Source: Candidatus Beckwithbacteria bacterium
Lineage (GTDB): Bacteria > Patescibacteriota > Microgenomatia > UBA1400 > CG1-02-47-37
DNA: 64,000 nt
Assembly (NCBI GenBank): GCA_043803225.1
Contig: JAZDKF010000026.1
Location: 2,250 to 66,249 of the forward strand
Direction: 5' to 3'
Shown here: one piece after another, positions 60,347 through 64,000 of the stretch
Layout: each line of letters starts with the position of its first letter
Numbering within the stretch: position 1 is the first letter of the stretch
The notes under the pieces: generated by a model
The model's database searches: none
Seen by the model: only the letters and a program-made list of their open reading frames with translations
Told to the model about the DNA's origin: nothing
Position numbers and translations under genes: made by a program

Positions 60347-60832
60347 TTACTTTCCGGTTAATATTACCAACTCTGTCTCTTCAGGCAAGCTTAATTTATT
60401 TAAAGTCAACTTAGCTTCCTTTCTTGGTTCCAGCTCAATCTGTCTGATAAACTCATCTAATTTTGCTTTATCCTGATTATCTATCGGTATGACTATCGAC
60501 GGCTTAATCTGTTTAACTAATTCAACTGCTTGAGGCGAAACTAATAATAAATCTACGCCGTCTAGCCAATCCAGTTGTTTCTCGCTTAACTTTGATTTAG
60601 ATTGGCCCAAATAAGCTACCCTGATCTCGTCCAAATCATAAGTATATAGTGTTTGGCCGTCATCGCTCTTAAATCCGGCTATAATTACCCCTTTTACCTC
60701 ATACTCGCCCGGTCCATTGATAATCATCGGCTCAGCCGCAGATTCAATCACCGTCTTGCTTTGACTGATCTTCACCTTTACCTCTTTATGTTTCAACTGG
60801 TACTCAAAATTGCCTAAATATGATACTTCCAT
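60347..60832 (-). CDS. hypothetical protein
   Basis: 161-aa ORF immediately downstream of dnaB with no recognised motif. Confidence 0.35.
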   Translation of the reverse strand: MEVSYLGNFEYQLKHKEVKVKISQSKTVIESAAEPMIINGPGEYEVKGVIIAGFKSDDGQTLYTYDLDEIRVAYLGQSKSKLSEKQLDWLDGVDLLLVSPQAVELVKQIKPSIVIPIDNQDKAKLDEFIRQIELEPRKEAKLTLNKLSLPEETELVILTGK

Positions 60833-60882
60833 AAACTCTAATTTATCACAGACACCCCCTCCTTGACAATCAAAATCTTATA

Positions 60883-61341
60883 GTGCTATATTGCCGGAGT
60901 CCTATGAAAAAAGAAGTTTCTATCGCAATTGTCATCGGGCTGCTGATTGGTTTAATTATTACCTTAGGAATTTCTACAGCTAACAAAGCCTTAAATCAGC
61001 AAAAAACCAAGCAGACCGATTCAACCGGATCTGCAGTTCAATTTGACGGCACTAACAGCCATCAACAAAAATACCTTTCTATTACTTCTCATGAACCCTT
61101 TGATTTAATTAATCAAAGTGAAATTACTCTTTCCGGTATTGCCTGGCCGGATGCAGTCGTGGCTTTAATTTCAGAAAATTATACGCAAATAACCCAGGCT
61201 GATAAAGATGGAGTTTTTGCTTTTAAGTTTAATTTAATTAAGGGTTATAACGAAATTTCCATTATTGCCACTGACGAATCTCAAACCAGCCAAACCCAAA
61301 ACTTAGTGCTAACTTACTCGACTTCAAAAATTGAATTATGA
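60883..61341 (+). CDS. hypothetical secreted/membrane-anchored protein
   Basis: N-terminal TM/signal segment, Ser/Thr/Gln-rich composition. Confidence 0.35.
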   Translation: MLYCRSPMKKEVSIAIVIGLLIGLIITLGISTANKALNQQKTKQTDSTGSAVQFDGTNSHQQKYLSITSHEPFDLINQSEITLSGIAWPDAVVALISENYTQITQADKDGVFAFKFNLIKGYNEISIIATDESQTSQTQNLVLTYSTSKIEL

Positions 61342-62066
61342 AAAAAATTATTATTCTGATATTGTTAATCCTCGCTTTTCCGGCTTTTATCAATGCCCAG
61401 GAAGCCACTGATTCATCGTTAACCGATAAAATTAAGGAACGTCTCGAAAAAACTGCCGAAGAAGGTTTAGATACTATTAAAGAAGAATTAACCGCTAAAG
61501 CCAAATCTCCTAAAAGGAAAGCCTATATTGGCTCAATTACCGCGATTAATGCCAATCAAATTACTTTGAGCTATAAAAATCAAACTTTCATTGTGGTTGT
61601 TCCGGACGAAACCGAGATTGTTCAATCTTTCGGTCAAAAAGTCTTAACCCTTACCGATTTAGAAATTAACGACTACCTAATTGCCTTAGGTTTTGTTCAG
61701 CCTGATCAAAACCAGCTTGAAACCAGAAAGATTACCGTGATCAGCACTCCTCAAGACGCTTTGAATCACCAATTGCTTTCCGGACAAATTGAAGAAGTTG
61801 ATGGCAATAAAATTGTTATCACCGGTAAAACCTTAAACTTAACTGGAAAAACAAATCTTGAAATTGTCGGGATTGCCAATCCCAGCGTAGAAAAACTGGA
61901 ATTAAAAGATTATCTTTTTGCCATCGTCCTTATCGATAAAAACGGTGATATCGATGCAGTTAAAAATGTTCTGGTTATCCCCGGTAAAAACAATCCGGCC
62001 GCCATGACTCCCACCAACGCTACACAGTCAGCCCTCCCTGCTACTGATTCTGCTACAATAGAGTAA
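61338..62066 (+). CDS. hypothetical secreted protein
   Basis: Signal peptide MKKIIILILLILAFPAFINAQ. Its start is coupled to the upstream gene as ATGA. Confidence 0.4.
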   Translation: MKKIIILILLILAFPAFINAQEATDSSLTDKIKERLEKTAEEGLDTIKEELTAKAKSPKRKAYIGSITAINANQITLSYKNQTFIVVVPDETEIVQSFGQKVLTLTDLEINDYLIALGFVQPDQNQLETRKITVISTPQDALNHQLLSGQIEEVDGNKIVITGKTLNLTGKTNLEIVGIANPSVEKLELKDYLFAIVLIDKNGDIDAVKNVLVIPGKNNPAAMTPTNATQSALPATDSATIE

Positions 62067-62327
62067 ATGGATGATTTGTATCGGGCTATTTTAACTCTTA
62101 AAACTCCCCTGGAAGTCGCTGCTTTCTGGCGTGATTTATTAACTTTAAAAGAAATTAAGATTTTCGCTAAACGTTTTGAGATGGCTAAACTTCTCTATCA
62201 AGGTCTACCCTATGCTCAAATTGCCAAAAAGCTTAAAGTTTCCACTACTACCGTTACCCGTACCGCCCATTGGCTTCATCACGGCAAAGGCGGCTATCGG
62301 TTGGTTCTTTCCCGCTTGACAAAGTAA
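62067..62327 (+). CDS. YerC/YecD-family TrpR-like helix-turn-helix protein
   Basis: The conserved block YAQIAKKLKVSTTTVTRTAHWLHHGKGGY matches the YerC/YecD family. Confidence 0.7.
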   Translation: MDDLYRAILTLKTPLEVAAFWRDLLTLKEIKIFAKRFEMAKLLYQGLPYAQIAKKLKVSTTTVTRTAHWLHHGKGGYRLVLSRLTK

Positions 62328-62459
62328 TTTTTTATGTTATATTACCGTATTAACACGTTAATATATGAACAAATTAAACTCTTTATTATCTAATCATCAA
62401 GCTCTCGCATCGCGGGGGCAAACTTTGCCGTAGTAATTTAATAAATTATTTATTTTACT

Positions 62460-62483
62460 CCCCCGCATAAAGCGGGGGTTTTT
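62460..62483 (+). terminator. intrinsic terminator-like hairpin (CCCCCGC-auaaa-GCGGGGG-UUUUU) ending 4 nt before the next ATG
   Basis: 7-bp GC stem plus T-tract. The upstream copy of CGCGGGGG at 62411-62418 could form an alternative pairing. Confidence 0.5.
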
Positions 62484-62487
62484 ATTT

Positions 62488-63639
62488 ATGCAAACAGAAA
62501 TATATAATTCACTATTTGATCCTTCGAAAAGAATTCGCGCGGAATCACAAAAATGGAATATCGGTTCAGATGCTAAACCAATTGAAAAATCTTTTTCAAT
62601 TTCTGATCCAAGAATTTCCAGGGCCAGTCAATTTCCCAAAAACTACAGTTCAGTAATTGGTGGACTTTGCTCAATTTTTACTGGAGACTTAGAAAAAAAA
62701 TTAGATAAGTCGGCAGTTAGTTTAATTCGTATGGATCAAATTGTTGAAGCCGTTGGGACAGCTAACGATAAACCTGCCTTTATAATTATTGAAGATTCAT
62801 TTTTTGAAAAACTAACTGGAATTGATCAATTAGAATTTAAACAACAAGGTATAGAAGCTTCAAAACGAATTGAAAAATGGTTAAAAATAATTAACCCCTC
62901 TTTAACTAATTTATATTTTTCTTTTACTTCTGATGTTTCATTAGACAAGGGTTTAAAAGACTTAGTTAATTATTTTTCAACAGATGTTTTAAAGAATCCC
63001 AATTTCTCAAAAATAGGCGCCGCTCCAGTTTTAATGATGTACACGGGGTTTTGGCCTCAATTATTAAATCAATTAGGTTACATCTCCTCTTCTGATATTG
63101 TCTGTATAGAACCCATTGATCACTTTGTAGATGATCGCCTATTACCAGATAATTTATCCTCCGCATATTCTAATTTTTTAAACTGGCTTGAGAAAAACCC
63201 TTACGGAGTCGAAAAATCAGCTAATGCCAACTTTGGGATTGCTGGTTTTCAAGAATCAATCACTATAGACGGGACTCAAAAAAGATCAAGATTATCTCCT
63301 TACCCTGATGTTCCAAATACCCAAAACTGGAAAAATTGGATTGAGAATAATTTAATAGATAATTTAGGATCATTTCCATTTCCTCTAAAAAACAGTCCAA
63401 TATTTATATCTGGCGTTAACTATGGCATGAACAATACAGAAATATATCAATCACTGCAAAATCTTGTAAATTTAGAAAGTTCATATTATCAAATTAAAAA
63501 AGATACTCCCAAGGAACAGAAAAGTTCAACCTGGGCTGATAAAATTAAACAAAAATTCATCACCGAAGCTGAAAACGACATCTTAACGATTTGTGACAAT
63601 ACCGGAAATATCCTTGAACAAATTTTAGGAGAGATATGA
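62488..63639 (+). CDS. hypothetical protein (383 aa, no recognised motif)
   Basis: Long ORF with Asn/Ser-rich, low-GC composition. Confidence 0.4.
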   Translation: MQTEIYNSLFDPSKRIRAESQKWNIGSDAKPIEKSFSISDPRISRASQFPKNYSSVIGGLCSIFTGDLEKKLDKSAVSLIRMDQIVEAVGTANDKPAFIIIEDSFFEKLTGIDQLEFKQQGIEASKRIEKWLKIINPSLTNLYFSFTSDVSLDKGLKDLVNYFSTDVLKNPNFSKIGAAPVLMMYTGFWPQLLNQLGYISSSDIVCIEPIDHFVDDRLLPDNLSSAYSNFLNWLEKNPYGVEKSANANFGIAGFQESITIDGTQKRSRLSPYPDVPNTQNWKNWIENNLIDNLGSFPFPLKNSPIFISGVNYGMNNTEIYQSLQNLVNLESSYYQIKKDTPKEQKSSTWADKIKQKFITEAENDILTICDNTGNILEQILGEI

Positions 63640-64000
63640 AGTTATTAACCAAAAAAATACTAAATGACTTATTAATTGGATCAACTTTTTATGGTACAGG
63701 AGGAGGAGGAGATCCCTTGTTAGCTAAAAAAATCTATCAGTCTTTACCAAAAGATCAACCAATTAAACTCAAGTCAATTAAAAAATTTAAAGCTGAAGAC
63801 CTATTTATTACAACTTATACCATTGGAGGTTTATCTCAAATACCAATAAAACGAACTATTATTAATAAAGCTCAATTAATCTATCAACAATATTTATGTA
63901 AAAATATTTCTGGAATAATTCCCGTTGAAATCGGTCCTCTATCATTAGCTCTAGCAATTAATTTAGCTTCTAAGCTTAACCTGCCATTAGTTGACGCTGA
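63637..64000 (+). CDS. DUF917-like protein, N-terminal fragment running off the window end
   Basis: Begins MKLLTKKILNDLLIGSTFYGTGGGGDP..., a G-T-G-G-G-G-D-P motif reminiscent of the DUF917 family. The start overlaps the preceding gene as ATGA. Confidence 0.35.

Overview
This 64-kb window is a compact, gene-dense bacterial chromosomal segment with genes on both strands and roughly 40% GC. Several proteins are domain-poor: ThrRS without a TGS domain, a 292-aa trigger factor, a 645-aa PheT and a 648-aa RecG. That pattern fits a reduced-genome lineage such as a CPR/Patescibacteria-like organism, but this is inference only.

Content in order along the window:
- Sugar and amino-acid metabolism: a partial PfkB kinase, a HAD-domain protein, an aminotransferase and transketolase.
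- A minus-strand tRNA array, tRNA-Leu(GAG), Val(UAC), Phe(GAA) and Gly(GCC), with a GIY-YIG nuclease gene embedded in it.
- An ECF transporter (S, A and T components).
- MurT/GatD lipid II amidation genes.
- A MacAB-like efflux system.
- Trigger factor.
- tRNA-Val(GAC) abutting the thrS-infC-rpmI-rplT-pheS-pheT cluster.
- A class A PBP.
- A YhhQ-type queuosine-precursor transporter and a CofE-like ligase.
- A clear T-box riboswitch leader, followed by a second structured leader element, upstream of an operon of a methyltransferase-like gene, a Cys/Met-metabolism PLP enzyme and tyrS.
- recG, a previously uncalled rpmF (L32) overlapping the recG end, nusB, rnc, rpsP and a KH protein.
- A complete type IV pilus locus on the minus strand: pilMNO, a PilX-like protein, five pilin-like genes, pilD, a further pilin gene, pilC, pilT and pilB. 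It is interrupted by a REP-associated tyrosine transposase (RAYT) flanked by copies of a 22-23-nt palindrome.
- holB, then a gyrB / H+-pyrophosphatase / gyrA operon.
- A Xer-type recombinase next to a 1-kb AT-rich ORF-free region carrying three perfect DnaA boxes and dif-like inverted repeats, which I propose as a candidate oriC.
- A lipoprotein-maturation cluster (lgt, a TraR/DksA zinc finger, lspA, rluA), efp, tRNA-Leu(CAA), dnaB, and hypothetical genes at the 3' edge.

Nine tRNAs were identified by hand-folding. No CRISPR array or rRNA was seen.
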